Assembly: GCA_965287045.1 (NCBI GenBank)
Contig: OZ336871.1
Location: 53,816,001 to 53,880,000, forward strand
Source: Carcharhinus amblyrhynchos
Taxonomy: Eukaryota
Direction of reading: 5' to 3'
DNA: 64,000 bases
The position numbers were made by a program, and so were the translations under genes. Within the stretch, counting starts at the first letter, position 1; each line of letters begins with the position of its first letter. The notes under the pieces were generated by a model, which searched no databases, was not told the origin of the DNA, and saw only the letters and a list, made by a program, of their open reading frames with translations. Shown one piece after another: positions 36,753-49,699 of the stretch.

Positions 36753-37524
36753 TCCATCTTTGGTCAGGAGAGTTTTCTTTCTCTAGTCCATTAATTGTCT
36801 GGACACCTTTAAACTGCAGCTTCACAGAGTTTAGTACACTCAGTTGTCAGATCGTCACCTAACCACTGAAGTCTACTGAGTTTCTGTTTACCCCACTGCC
36901 GCATCCATACAAAGTGGCAGATTTTGAAAAACTAGCACTCAGTTATTCCGGACTGTAGAGTTAATTGACATCTTATATCACAAAGTACATAACGATAAAA
37001 TATTAAGTGATAATAGAATTGATACTCATTCACCAGAAACGAAGAATTAGATATCTGTGACTCAGTCAATCTTATACATTGGTTGACTATCAAAAGATCA
37101 AATAGCTAATATCCAGCAAATCAAATGCATAATACCAGTTGGAAAGCATTAGGCTCGGATAGTTTCAATACAGCCAATTTGGACCGGACACAAGAAGAAC
37201 TTTAGAAATCTTAAACTCGTCCAATCATACAAAAATAAGCAGAATCAAACAAAGGAGTAGTAAACGCCTTGGTAAACTGAGAAGTAAACTATGGAGTTTA
37301 AGGCTCTCTGACAACCTACTATACATAAGTGACAAAGGTTAGTTAGTGCAAAACACCTCCCAGAAGAGAGGGGGGACAGCAAAGCAAATTAGGAGAAATA
37401 GGTGACTAGTCATTATGGATATATAAGTAACACACGTTACAGATTTTAGTAAATTTGGTTTGGTTGAAGGTTTGGTTTGGTTGAAGGGAGAGAGGGGTGA
37501 TGATGGAGTTGTAGGATCGGACTC

Positions 37525-37740
37525 CAAGAGTGCGTTCTTCAGATAGTGTCATGGGATATTTAATGTCCACTTCAGCAGACCTTGGTTTAATGTATTTTCC
37601 AAAGATGATGCATGTGACAATGGGAAACGTACTCTGAATGTACTGAAGTGATTATTTTTCTCAAATGCACAGCGGATATTGGACCCAGAACCTTCTGACT
37701 CATAGGAGGAAATGTCAGAAAGGAACAGCTGATTTGATAC
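37525..37740 (-). mobile_element. DeuSINE (SacSINE1-like) fragment
   Basis: GTGTCATGGGATATTTAATGTCCAC...TTGGTTTAATGT...AACCTTCTGACTC resembles the Deu-domain/tRNA head in reverse; similar to 43501-43790 and 46820-47620. Confidence 0.55.
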
Positions 37741-37764
37741 TTGGTAAATGAACAAAAGCACTTA

Positions 37765-37915
37765 AGAGCTAACCCATGTTTGCACACTCGGGAACAGCAT
37801 CCACAGGGAGTGCAATGCGGGAAATTTTGCATACAGAGCCTGTGGTTTTCCATTCATTCATTTTAATAGATGAAAAATCACAGGGTGTGCACCTACAATT
37901 TCCTGCATTCTGCTT
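37765..37915. repeat. Small imperfect hairpin repeat, copy 1
   Basis: CCATGTTTGCA...CATCCACA.GGAG...TTCATTCATTTTAATAGATG...ACCTACAA.TTCCTGCA also occurs at 38908-39066. Confidence 0.6.
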
Positions 37916-38907
37916 CCTGTGACTGCTGCTTCCTGCTGGGATTGCGGAATCAGCCCTTTAGGGTACAGGTACAACAGTCATTAAAAATTAGCTTGCAGGT
38001 GCAAAGAGAACCATTTAAAGGTTCAAAGAATGCTGGACCTCACAACGAAAGTTATCACATTTAAATGGAAGAAAGCTGTGAAGAGCAATTGGGATCTGAT
38101 TCGAATAGTTTGCTCAGTTTTTTGTACGTTCTATAAATCAGGCACATTTTGTACGCGCACTGTCATCTCTCCTGATATCCTTTCTGTACCAAATGCTGTT
38201 TTTGTTATTGTTGCAACTGCTGCCACTTACATGTTGTGCTTTTTCTGGTCAGGATCTTCCTTGGATGTCACGAGGGAAAAAAGTTGCTTATTCAGCTTCA
38301 GAATGTGAGACTTGCCTTGCTTCAGGTGAGGAAAGCTCAGATTATCATTTGCCTCTCTGTTTCATCATATTATGAATATTTTACATCTTCATGAATATAT
38401 AGCTCTTCAAAACTGGATTCAATCAATCTTTTTTAAATGAGCATGGCTATATTTCATTTAAAAAATTTAAGTAAGAGTGTTGCCTCTCGAGAATGGCCAA
38501 TATGGTCAAGGATAAGGGCGAGCGAGATATTCCCAAATTAAACGTTCACTTTGAACCATAAGTGGGACTAAGTCAATTTATGGCATGTAAGGAATTGTGT
38601 GTGCCTGTCCCAGACTCACTTACGTTCAGAGCTGTACTCTGAACGGAACAAGTATGACAAGTATTGTGTTTAATCAAGTTTATTGAATATTGAATAATGA
38701 TTATAACAATAATAATGGTATGACAACTATAATTGATAACAAAAATGAAAAATAAGTGAAAAGAAAAAAAAAGACAGATTTTCCTAAAGTACAAACAATA
38801 ATCCTAAATAAATCTATCCCACAACAACTCCCCAAATTGGTATATACATTACCATCTCCTTGGTACACACATTACCAAGTTACTTGCTAAATGAACAAAG
38901 GGATTTA

Positions 38908-39066
38908 AGAGCCAATCCATGTTTGCATATTCCTAGCAGGGATCAACATCCACAAGGAGAACAAGGTGGAATGTTTTGTGCGCACAGCCTATGTTTTTTT
39001 TTTAATTCATTCATTTTAATAGATGTAAAAGAACAGGCCGTGTACCTACAAATTCCTGCACTGTGC
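38908..39066. repeat. Small imperfect hairpin repeat, copy 2
   Basis: Direct, diverged copy of 37765-37915. Confidence 0.6.
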
Positions 39067-40211
39067 TGAAGAAGTGAACACAATAGTCAGTGACTCCATT
39101 CCTGACCCTTTGTCCCATCTTCAGTGGTGACTAGTCCATTATGGCTGCAGCAGTGAGTCCTCGAAGCAATACCCCTCTTAAGCCAAATTTTTGGCTCCAT
39201 TCCAGCCCTGAGGCTTGGGGTGTAGTCATTTCCAAAACACATCTCAATTCTTATCAAACCTTCTCACAGGCACTGCATGGCTATGCAAATTTCACAACAT
39301 CCAAGTTGTTTACATATCTCTCGATGATGGTGTCTACTCACCTGTGTAGGGACAAGATCAGAAACTCCAAGGTATTTTATGAAGCTAGTCTAGACTCTGA
39401 TTTTTTCTTTTGATTTTGGCCTGAGAGTGAGCATAAGGTGTTTCGCTCCAGGGGAAGCTCTTATAAAAAGAAACTTTAGTTAAGAACACAGAACATAGCC
39501 AAAAAAATTAACATAACTTTTACTCAACTCAATCAAGCCCTACTCTGCAAAATCCCAGGGGAACACTAAAAATAACATAAGAACATTAAAACAAATTAAA
39601 ATAAACATTCTAGCAATTATACTGCTGCAGTAACAATAGAATTTGCCACATATAGACCCAGCGGTGCAGGTTAGAAAAGGCAATAAAAAAACCTGCACAA
39701 GATACATGACTCAAATCCATTTCTTAAAGGCACAGTATCATCACATTTGCCATCAATCAGACGTTATGTCCACCAATCAAACTTCAGCTTCTGATACTTC
39801 AGATGACCACTGCATATAAGGTTACCCATTGTCCTGGCCTAAAGTCAAAGAGTCACTAAATGCAGTTAAAATTACTTCTGATAAACAAAAGACGGCATAT
39901 TTTTGTATTCTGGCTTGGAAAATGGAAAACACAGATGCAGTCCAAATATCAACTATGCATGGCCAGTATGAAAAAAAAGTGGGAAAACATGTCACTACTG
40001 ATTATTATTGATTAATTAATAAAGCACAATCATAGCTGGATTAAGATCATTGTCAACCAAGTAAGTTTTAATACAAAATGACTTTAAATATTCACCATAG
40101 GCTTAAAATCAAGAGCAAAGTAGAAATAAAATGCAAAATACAGAATTAGAAAATGTAGTACCTGCAAGGTACCTTGGTTGGTGTACCTTGGCAGCTTCCT
40201 GTGAATAGGAA

Positions 40212-41280
40212 TCAAACATAATAAGAACATAAGAAATAGGAGCAGGAGTAGGCCATCTAGCCCCTCAACACTGCCCTGCCATTCAATAAGATCATGGCTG
40301 ATCTGATAGTGGTTCAGTTCCACTTACCCGCCTGCTCCCCATAACCCTTAATTCCCTTATTGATCAGAAATCTATCTATCTGTGACTTAAACACATTTAA
40401 CAAGGTAGCCTCCACTGCTTTAATGGGCAGAGAATTCCAAAGATTCACTAGGCTCTGGGAGAAGAAGTTCCTCCTCAACTCTGTTCTAAATTGACTCCCC
40501 CTTATTTTGAGGCTGTGCCCTCTAGTTCTTGTTTCCATTCTAAGTGGAAATAATCTCTCTGCTTCTACCCTATCTAGCCCCTTCTTTATCTTATATGTCT
40601 CTTTCAGATCTCCCCTCAGCCTTCTAAACTCCAACGAATACTAGCCCAGTCTACTCAATCTCTCCTCATAAGCTAACCCCCTCATCTTCATAATCATTCT
40701 GGTGAACCTTCTCTGCACTCCCTCCAAAGCCAATATATCCTTTCTCAAATAAGGGGACCAAAATTGCACACTGTACTCTAGTTGCAGCCTCACCAGTGCC
40801 TTGTACAATTGCAGCAAGACTTCCCTGCTTTTATACTCCATCTCTCTCGCGATAAAGGCCAACATTCCATTTGCCTTCTTGATCACCTGCTGTACTTGCA
40901 AACTGAGTTTTTGTGATTCATGCACAAGGACCCTTCTGCACAGTAGCATGTTGTAATTTTTCACAATTTAAATAATAGTCCATTTTACTATTATTCCTTC
41001 CAAAGTGGATAACCTCACACTTGCCAACGTTATACTTCATCTGCCAGATCCTTGTCCACTCACTTAGCCTATCCAAATCCCTTTGCAGACTTTCTGCATC
41101 CTCCACGCAATTTGCTTTCCCACTCATCTTTGTGTCATTTGCAAACTTTGTTACCTTACACTCAGTCCCCTCCTCCAGATCATCAATGTATATGGTAAAC
41201 AGTTGAGGCCCCAGCACTGATCCCTGCGGCACGCCACTAGTCACCAACTGCCAACTGCACCCATTTATTCCAACTCTCTG
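40212..41280 (-). mobile_element. 5'-truncated CR1 (HER1-like) LINE, RT C-terminal part and 3' tail
   Basis: ORFs VTSGVPQGSVLGPQLFTIYIDDL...KFANDTK, LQLYKALVRLQLEYSVQFWSPY...LEGVQRRFTRMI and RRLRGDLKETYKI...TRGHSLK...NLWNSLP, broken by frameshifts; ends in a (TTCTTATG)n-like tail. Confidence 0.92.
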
Positions 41281-43142
41281 TTTTTAATATTAAATTACAT
41301 TGCATCGTTCAGTTAGCTTGTGATCTAATACTTTTATATATGAAACCCAGTGAAGGCCACACTAAGCTAATTATGGTCAGTAGGATTATTTGAAGCTTTG
41401 AGATGAGCCAGGCATACAATTTGAACTAGGTTGCCTGCAATGATTTGTAGCATTGATTGGCTATATTGGGTCAACACTACAGAAATAGACTATTCATCCC
41501 ACTGGTCCAAGTCAATAATCATGCTCCACATGGCTTTCCACCCTTCTTCATCTAACCATTGCTTTACTACTTTATTCTTTACTCCATTATGTGTTTATCT
41601 AGACTTCCCTTTAAATGCACCATAGTATTTGCCTCAATGATTTCTTCCTTCATTCTTCCTCTTTAGGTCAAGAATTTATCCTAAACTCCCCACGGAAACA
41701 CATGGGCCATATAGTTGGTAAATTTAAGTTGGTATACCTTGGCAGCTTCCTTACGTTGTGCAATTTGTTCCCACAAACTGTTGCCATTTAATGGAGTTTT
41801 GAACCTGGTTGCCGCTGTCTGCCTGTGTTGCAGTATTGTATTTTGGACAAACTGCCCTGGAATGACAAACATCAGATGTTAAGATAACACGTTGCTCCAT
41901 CAATAAGTTAACAACTAGGTTTCCTGATGTTATTTTACTTGTGTAGTTATTGGGATACTGTCAGACATGTTTATTCCTCAAATGATATTTGGAAAAGTGC
42001 AAGTGTGTATTGAAAATTATTGCATGCTTTTTATAAGTTTATGCAAGTTTTGCTCCCATAATGAATCTGCTATTTTTATGTTGTTTCATCTCTTTAATTT
42101 CCCCATCATCTTTTTTCAGCAGTCCCTCTAATGGCTGCTAACCTTCCATTGAGTTCACAGCAGCAGGCTTAAACTTCTTAAAATTCAACTAGCCCCTAAA
42201 TTTTGGTGGTCAGTCCTCAACATCCAGGCAGATGTAAATCTCACAGCACACTGCTCCTACTGGGTCCAGACACACACTCAGAAATCTGTCCTCATACATA
42301 CATAGATATGGAAGGTATGCTGATGAGGAAAATCATAGAACACATTACAACCCCAATTTTGCCAGTCTCAACACAATGCAAGAAGTATGACTGGGAAAAA
42401 TCAGGCACACAGTTTTCGATGAGATTCTCACTGTGTCTGATCTTCTGATGGGTGACTATAGGGAGCTAGGAGGAGGTACACCAGTGAAGTGTATGGATCT
42501 CACTTCAGTGTCTAAAATATTTAATTTGGATCTTACATTAAATTATATGAGTTTAGGTGAAGCTCCACAAACAGAATTATTCCCCAAACTGCGCAAAGAG
42601 AGTGCTGAAAAGGTAAAGCATGTTCAGTACTTCTTCTTAATGATATTTTTTGTAATTTAGGTAACTTTTCAAGCTCCAGAACTTTTTTGACTGGAGTGTC
42701 TTTTCTTTCCTGCAGTTAGTTTGTTGTCCTTGCTGCTACTTTTTTGCAGACTTTCAATTTTCTGTTTTATGCTTTCCAAATTTCTATATTAATACAAATA
42801 ATACCTAAATAGTTAGGGAGGATGGGATGGACTATATCAATGGCAATATTTTGCACAACTGAACCAGAGAACTTAGGGAGAAGCATTGTCTTTATATTCC
42901 TGCCATAAGTCCAGGACCCTTATTTATTAAGCATATAATTTGTATGTGGACACTTTGGAAAGACCTGACTTTATTTGTGTCTGAGCAATGCCATTTTCTG
43001 CAGCTTGACATACAGATGACTCCATGGGCTAGGATTGTTCTTCCAGTTGCTGTAATGGGCACTGTAGAATTAGGTTTATTGGCCATCAAATGAGACATCT
43101 GCTATTTAAGTCAGTTTGCAATGCGTTCCTCTGTCAATGGGT

Positions 43143-43442
43143 ACAATAACATAGTGGTTACTGGTCTAGTAATTCAGAAAAAAATGGTTAATTAAATAAA
43201 TCTGCACACCATCAGGTGCAGAAAGATTAAAAGAGAGATTGTCACTCATGTTCTTTCAGGAAGGAAATCTACTATCCTTGCTGGCCTGGTCTGTATTTGA
43301 CTTCAAACCACAGATATCTGATTGACTCTTAGCTGCCATAGAAACAGTCATAGATCAGTCAGTTATCTCCATGACAAATAGGGATGACCTATAAATAACG
43401 ATCTTGCCAACGATGCCTTCAACCTATGAATTAATTTATTTA
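43143..43442 (+). mobile_element. Old SINE-like element
   Basis: tRNA-like head TAGTGGTTACTGGTCTAGTAATTCAGA; 3' tail AGGGATGACCTATAAATA...GCCAACGATGCC resembles the LINE tail seen reversed at 49970 and 59890. Confidence 0.45.
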
Positions 43443-43500
43443 AAAAAATGACACTTCACCTGTGTAAAAGACAGTGAATGGAGAAGACAAAAAGCTTTTA

Positions 43501-43790
43501 AAAGAACCTGAATTTATATGGTATCTTTCATGATTGCAGGTCATGCCAAAGCACTTTACATCAATGTAATATTCCTGAAGTTTAGTCAGTGCTATAATGT
43601 AGGAAACATATCATTTAATTTGTACACAGTATGGCCCACAAACAGCCATCAGATAATAAGCAGATCATTTATTTAAAATGTCGCTGAGGAATAATTATTG
43701 ACTAGGAAACTGGGGAAAAATCACCTACTTTTCTTCAGGTAAATACCATGTGACCTCTATTATCCACCTGAGAGGGATTTCGTCTCATCC
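43501..43790 (-). mobile_element. DeuSINE (SacSINE1-like) fragment
   Basis: CAAAGCACTTTACA...TGTAGGAAACA...CCCACAAACAGC...CCACCTGAGAGGG...CGTCTCATCC, reverse of the Deu-domain and tail. Confidence 0.6.
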
Positions 43791-45923
43791 TTGGCAGAAT
43801 TCCCAAGTGTTCAATGTATTAAATTAGAACCAACATAATCATTGGAACTCTTCATAGCCATGCCAGTTTCTGTATGATCACAAAGGATTTGCATTGTTAA
43901 CATTATTTTGGAATCTGACCACAAGATCTGCTTCACTGAGAAGGTGCTGAAGAAAATAACACTTTGAGCAGGATATTTAAGAATCTGTGGCTTTTCCTCA
44001 GCTACCAATTTTACTGACTAGAAAGGTATTCAGTTCTGTGTGGAAAAGAGTCTTGCAGGAAATATTGCCTTCCAGAAAGGTCTGTGCCATACTAGATAGT
44101 TCGCACAAAAATTGTGCGCATCATTGAAGATTACGTATTGTTATTCTCTCCCAAAACTATTCTTAATTTCCAGCCAGATACAAAGGACCTGGATTACTGC
44201 CTTGACTCAGTCAGTGATTTCTCACCATGTAGCTTTCACTTTTGCTTTTACTGGAGCAAGGATTTTAGTTCTAAATATGAATCCTTTGATTCAACGAAGC
44301 AAACTCCAACCCTGCCACATCAAAGGGAACAATCTTGTCCAGATGTCTCCACTGCGCAGTTGTGTGCAATTAGCTCACATTTCTGCGCTTACTGCAAGTT
44401 ACCCTTTAATGATAAATTGGAATCCTTTAAGAGCTGCTACCCAGGTAGATTTTACACTCTCAAGCCAAGTCTACCAGCAGACAAGCTCTCGCTACCTGTG
44501 TCTTCGCCAATTCAAATTAGGAGAAGAGAATCCATTATAAAGTTCTGCACAACTGGGCCAATACAACTTTTAATCTTTGCAAAATGAGGGCTAAAAATGT
44601 ATTTAAGTAGTACATTGCTTGAAGTTAATGTATTACCACTGCCTCCTAAAAATAAAAGTAGGTTTATTCAGTGCACTCAGGCATTCTCTAAACTACAAAT
44701 AGCTAAACAATGAGCTTGTACACACCTCCGAAAATCTAATGGCCTAGATCTTCTGTTTCTGTCTACTAAACAGTAGCCACTAGGGCAGCATCATATTGGA
44801 ACACTGTGATAAGACAAAAAAATTGCTCATTAAGCATTAAGGGCTTCCTTTTTCTTTGTCAAATTGTGAAAAATTCCCAAATTGATAAATTTATATTTTA
44901 ATCTAGATTTGGCATTGGCTTTTGCCCTTGTTGTGGAGTGAGCACCAGACCAAAAAGTTTAGAATGAAGGAAGACAATTGGATGGTGGTTTTTAAAGATG
45001 ATAATGCTGTTAGTTAAAGGTGAATGGGAGCGTGGATCCAGGTTCGACACATGGCAATGAACTTGCCACTGAGAACTCAAGCAAATAGAGGCTGTGATGG
45101 ACCCATGTGGTCAATACTCCCCCACCTCTTTCTCTTCCCTTTCCTACTCTTCTTCCCTCTTCCTATTCATGATCCCTCTGCTTATTGCTGCCTAGGTGAT
45201 CATAAAGCTTGGCTCCTAATGTTGCCAATATGGTTGGGCATCTAGAAAAACATGATTACCTATTCAGGGGCTTACAGCAAAGCTCCTCCATGATGACCAC
45301 ACAGTGGAAGTATATCTTGAGCAGGCAGACTGTTTGATTGATGATATTTGTGGTGGCAGTATGATTCTCATTGTTGGCATGCTTTACTGTGGCGTGCAAG
45401 TTCCTCTGTGTTGCCTGATAGCTTGTTGTAATTTGACAGCCTGGTTGGGATAAAGGACACTGCACAGAATAAGAGTCATAACTGCTGCCAAGATAGCGGG
45501 CATGATGCATTGCCAGTGGTCACAAAATAACTGTACATTGTAAGAGTGCAATTCCTTTCAAGCGACAGAGAAGCCAGACCGGTGATGGGATATGTGGAAG
45601 AAAGAAAAAGAAAGGCATGCATTGATATAGTACAGCCATTCCCAAACTGTGGGTCATAGCCTTCATTAGAGTTGCAGAAACAGAAGTTGGAGTCATGGAC
45701 TTCACACCCTCCAATCTGCGTCCCATACCAAGGCCCAAGCAGCATCTAGCCCTGTCCTTGCCTTGCTTGTCTCTTGCTCTCAAAATTTATTTTCTTCTTC
45801 TCAAGATTATTTAAAAATGTTGCTTGCAGGGCCAGAGCTACACACTGGTTCAGGTTCTCAAAGCTGCGATGCCTCCCCACTGGCTACAACTTTCTGGCTG
45901 ACTTGTATATGTTGTTGGGCAAG

Positions 45924-45925
<2 letters not shown>

Positions 45926-45954
<29 letters not shown>

Positions 45955-46059
45955 GAGGGGGAGAGATGCTGATATTTACTATATGTTGAATATTACTATG
46001 TTTTTTTATTGTGTGTGTGTGTACGTGGGTGGGGTACGATTGGGGGAGATAGGCTGATG

Positions 46060-46115
<56 letters not shown>

Positions 46116-46126
46116 CGTGTGTGTGT
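45926..46126. repeat. (GT)n microsatellite cluster
   Basis: GT runs at 45926-45953, 46010-46022 and 46064-46126. Confidence 0.95.
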
Positions 46127-47099
46127 GGTAAAGAATGGAAAGAGGCTGATTGCAGTGTATGTCTATGGGAGAGTGTGGATAGAGGTTGATGAGAGTGTGT
46201 GTATATATATGTTTCTCTGTGGTGGAGCAGACAGAAGAGCCTCCTAGAGTCTTCTGTCACTGTGGAAGATGTAGAGCTCGGCTGAAACCCTCAGTGGCCA
46301 CTGACTACCGTATATTATGTTTTATGCCTATATAGAGGCACTCTACCACTTCTACATTCAGGTAAGTTACTTACCTTGTAAACTAAATTCATCTTATTTT
46401 AAAGCTGTATTGAATCCAAAGTGAAACAACAGCCTCAGGGATTACAAGTATTATTTTGTGTTATTTGAAATTCTCAGTAGAAAATTAAAAGATGGTCTTT
46501 AGGGAACGTTGATATGATGCTTCAATCGATCAGTAATGTTGAACATCTATGGTATCCATTACTTCCTGGCCAAAGTCCATGTGATGGAGTGGCGCAAAAG
46601 AAATAATGGACTGGCGACTACATAAAATAATAACATTTTCTCAAAGTACTTTATCAAGACAGAATTTCATTTTTATATAACAAATTATTTGTTGATCCAC
46701 AATACACACATTTTAATAGTTATATGTTGAATATTACTACAATATCTTATTGCTGTATTGCTTTTGTTAATAATGTTCAAGTATTAAATTGGATCATATT
46801 GGATAATCATTTGCAGAGCACTGATATATGGCTTTTCATAGCCACTGGTCATCTCAAACTGCTTTATAGATAACGATGTAATTTTTAAAATGTATTCACT
46901 TCTGTAATCTAGGAAACACAGCAACCAATTTACACTCAGCAAACTCCCACAAAACTTCAATATGTTAATAACCAGCTAATCTGTTCTTTTGTGATGTTAG
47001 CTGAGGGGTAAATATTGGTCAGGTTACCAGGGATAAATCCCCTGCTCTTTTTCAAATGGTGCCATGGGATCTTTTACATGCACCCAAGCAGAAGACAAG

Positions 47100-47452
47100 C
47101 CACAAAAACAGAAAATGCTGAAAAATCTCAGCAGGTCTGACAGCATCTATGGAGAGAGAATAGAGCCAAAGACTGGAATTTTACTGCCATGCCCACCCTG
47201 GAATCGGGGCGAGTGCAGCTCGCAGATTGAAATTCTTCATTGGCCTAGGGTGGGATTTTACGAGTCTCGCCTGAGCAAGGTCGTAAAATACTGGCCAATG
47301 TCTTGAGTCTAGATGACCCTTTGCCTGAAGGGTCATCCAGATTCGAATCTTTGGCTCTGTTCTCTCTCCACAGATGCTGTTAGACCTGCTGAGATTTTCC
47401 AGCTTTTTCTGTTTTGTTTCAGTTTCCAGTAACCACAGTATTTTGCTTTTAT
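47100..47452. mobile_element. Penelope-like inverted-repeat element with 11-bp TSD
   Basis: Arms ACAGAAAATGCTGAAAAATCTCAGCAGGTCTGACAGCATCTATGGAGAGAGAA and TTCTCTCTCCACAGATGCTGTTAGACCTGCTGAGATTTTCCAGCTTTTTCTGT; TSD CAGAAGACAAG at 47089-47099 and 47453-47463. Confidence 0.7.
47171..47296. mobile_element. ~125-bp MITE (Harbinger-like TIRs), nested copy
   Basis: TIRs GACTGGAATTTTAC...GTAAAATACTGGCC; related copies at 48359-48483 and 60043-60148. Confidence 0.65.
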
Positions 47453-48358
47453 CAGAAGACAAGGCCTCCGTTTAACACCTTAGCTGAAATAAGCACCTTC
47501 AAAGGTGCAGGGCTCCCTTAAAGTTGTAGTCTCAGCTTTGATCTTTGCACACAAGAACAAGGATGAAAGTTGAACCTGAAGATTCAAAGGCAGTTGGGCT
47601 AACAGCTAAGCCATGGCCAAAACTTGAAGACATAATATAACATTATCAATGTCACCCTGTATTCTGGGAAGCCAGCCATGGATGGTAAATCTTGTGTTCA
47701 CCTTGCTTGTACATTGGTACACTGGGGAACATGAGATATTGTTGATGTCACATGTTACAGCCTGAAAGGAGTCTATAAATACTGAGGGTCACGGTGACCT
47801 TGACAGCACAGGCAGTGCTGCCCACACCTTGGTTTGAGCGCATATTTGTGGTTGCAGCGGATGGTATTGTTCAGTGACAGTCTCCTGAGTGGAGAAAAGT
47901 CCCTCCTAAATTGATCCTCTGTAAAGATGATGGAGGAGAATTGCTCTCCAAACACCCTCTGTGAACTCAGCACCCTGTTCAGTGACCTCAGTCTGCTTGT
48001 CCTGCGATATGCTATCTTCTATGCTATTCTCTCTTTTCCTCCAGCATCAAAGGCAATTCTATGACCACCCACATCCAAGTCTGCAACCAAACTATTTGTG
48101 AGCCAAAGAGAAACAAGAATAGTACCAGCAAAATCCCCCTATGCAAACAAAGTGAACTTTCCAGAGTGACACTGCAATGAGAGAAGCCAAGTAGCAGCTG
48201 GAAATAAAGCAGCAACTAGTCTGTAAGTACCACATGATCCATGAATGGAACTATTGCCTTACTGCAGCTTAGAGCCACAATTGTCAGTAAAATGCTAGAC
48301 TGGTAAAAATTGGAAAACAAGATCCTGCAAGGGGTACAGGACTCAACTGAAAGATACT

Positions 48359-48483
48359 GGGTGGGATTTTACAGCCTTGCTCAGGCAAGACTGGAAATTC
48401 CCGCTGCAGGTCAATGAAAACATCTGCTGTCGGAGCCAAGCCTGTGCTGATTCCATGGTGGGCAAAGTGGTAGAACTTCGACC
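48359..48483. mobile_element. ~125-bp MITE, same family as 47171-47296
   Basis: GGGTGGGATTTTACAGCCTTGCTCAGGCAAGACT...GATTCCATGGTGGGCA aligns by eye to the reverse complement of 47171-47296. Confidence 0.6.
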
Positions 48484-48487
48484 ACTT

Positions 48488-49596
48488 GGTGGGATTCTCC
48501 AAAAAAATTCTAAGTGCTAAATTTGCAGAAAAACTCAAGTAAATCCTGTTGGTTTTTTCAGCGGGAGTTTCAAAATGAATCTCCCACACCGTGTACCACA
48601 GAGAGCCTTAGCGTGAATCACAATAAAAATCATTTCCACTGGAGAGGCTAGCAGTATACACTGAGTAGGCCACTGATTTGTCAGCGCCAAGATCAGCGCA
48701 TGCGCAGTAGCCCCACACCACCAGCTTCCCAATGGCCAACTTGATCACCGGTCCCACAATCTCCCCACAGCCAATTGCTGGCCTTCCAGAATTTTCCGTG
48801 TCCGTCTTAACTGTGCGACCCCCCCCCCCCCCCCCACCCCACCAACAAACCTGCCTTGATCTATTGCACACCACCCCCCCAAACCCAGCAGTCCCAATCT
48901 CCCAATTCACAATCCCCCACAGCAGCAGCCCCAACACCCCTCTCCGCAGGGTGACACCCCACCCCCCAGCAGGCTGACCCCCCCCCTTGCCCACCATGAT
49001 GGCCAGCCCCAATTGCTGGCCCCCCCTCCTTCCCTCTGTCACTGATCCCAGTTCAGAGTGGCAGCTGGATCCTCCACCCCACTGATCACCCTGCATAGTT
49101 CCCATGACCCTCTGGCACTGCCCCTTTGGCACTGCCTGACTTCCGATGGGCAGTGCCAAAAGCCTTTGGGCAGTGTCAGGGGATCAGGTTGTGCCAAGCC
49201 GGCAATGCCCAAGGGGCACCCCATTTACCTACGATCTCCTGGGGGAGAGCAGCTCATGGCCCCCTTTCACTCTAGTGGGGTCAGGCCGCCAGCTTCAGCT
49301 AGTGGGGAGCTGTTGTAAACCCAACTGGAGTGAAACACTCCTGGTGGCAGGGAGGAGAGGCTAGTGAGTCTGGAGACCTCAGTCCCAGGCCCACTGATGA
49401 TATTAACATGATCATCTGCATAATTTATTCAGCTCTGCACCGATTTCTGACACAAAGCTGACAGTGCTGGAAATCCAGCAAGCAGAGATGACAGACGCCG
49501 TGGTGGCCAGCAGGAAGCCCGCTACACAGCCTCCACTTAAATCTCCCTGCCCACTGCATTGCTAGAACAGAGAAATGGGCTGGGAGAATCACCCCC
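48488..49596. mobile_element. Non-autonomous DNA transposon with C-rich internal low-complexity region
   Basis: Termini GGTGGGATTCTCC...GGAGAATCACCCC are inverted repeats; internal GCGCATGCGCAG and poly-C tracts. Confidence 0.55.
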
Positions 49597-49699
49597 ATTA
49601 CTCCTGACACAGAACTTTGCCAGTGCAGCCTATCACAACACTATTATTGCAGAGCAAAAATGTGTGCGTAACAACTCCAATCAGAGTCTACTTTCACCT

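Larger units (their letters stand above)
46820..47620 (-). mobile_element. DeuSINE interrupted by a Penelope-derived hairpin
   Basis: GTGCCATGGGATCTTTTACATGCACC...CAGAAGACAAG [insert] CAGAAGACAAGGCCTCCGTTTAACA; the Deu-domain continues across the insertion. Confidence 0.7.

Noticed and set aside
45250-45720. Possible very old LINE fragments here and at 47650-48280
   Set aside because: Too degraded to assign a family or boundaries by eye.
48608-49159. 183-aa Gly-rich ORF and similar Pro/Gly-rich ORFs at 61.1-62.1 kb
   Set aside because: Products of poly-C/G low-complexity sequence inside non-autonomous transposons.
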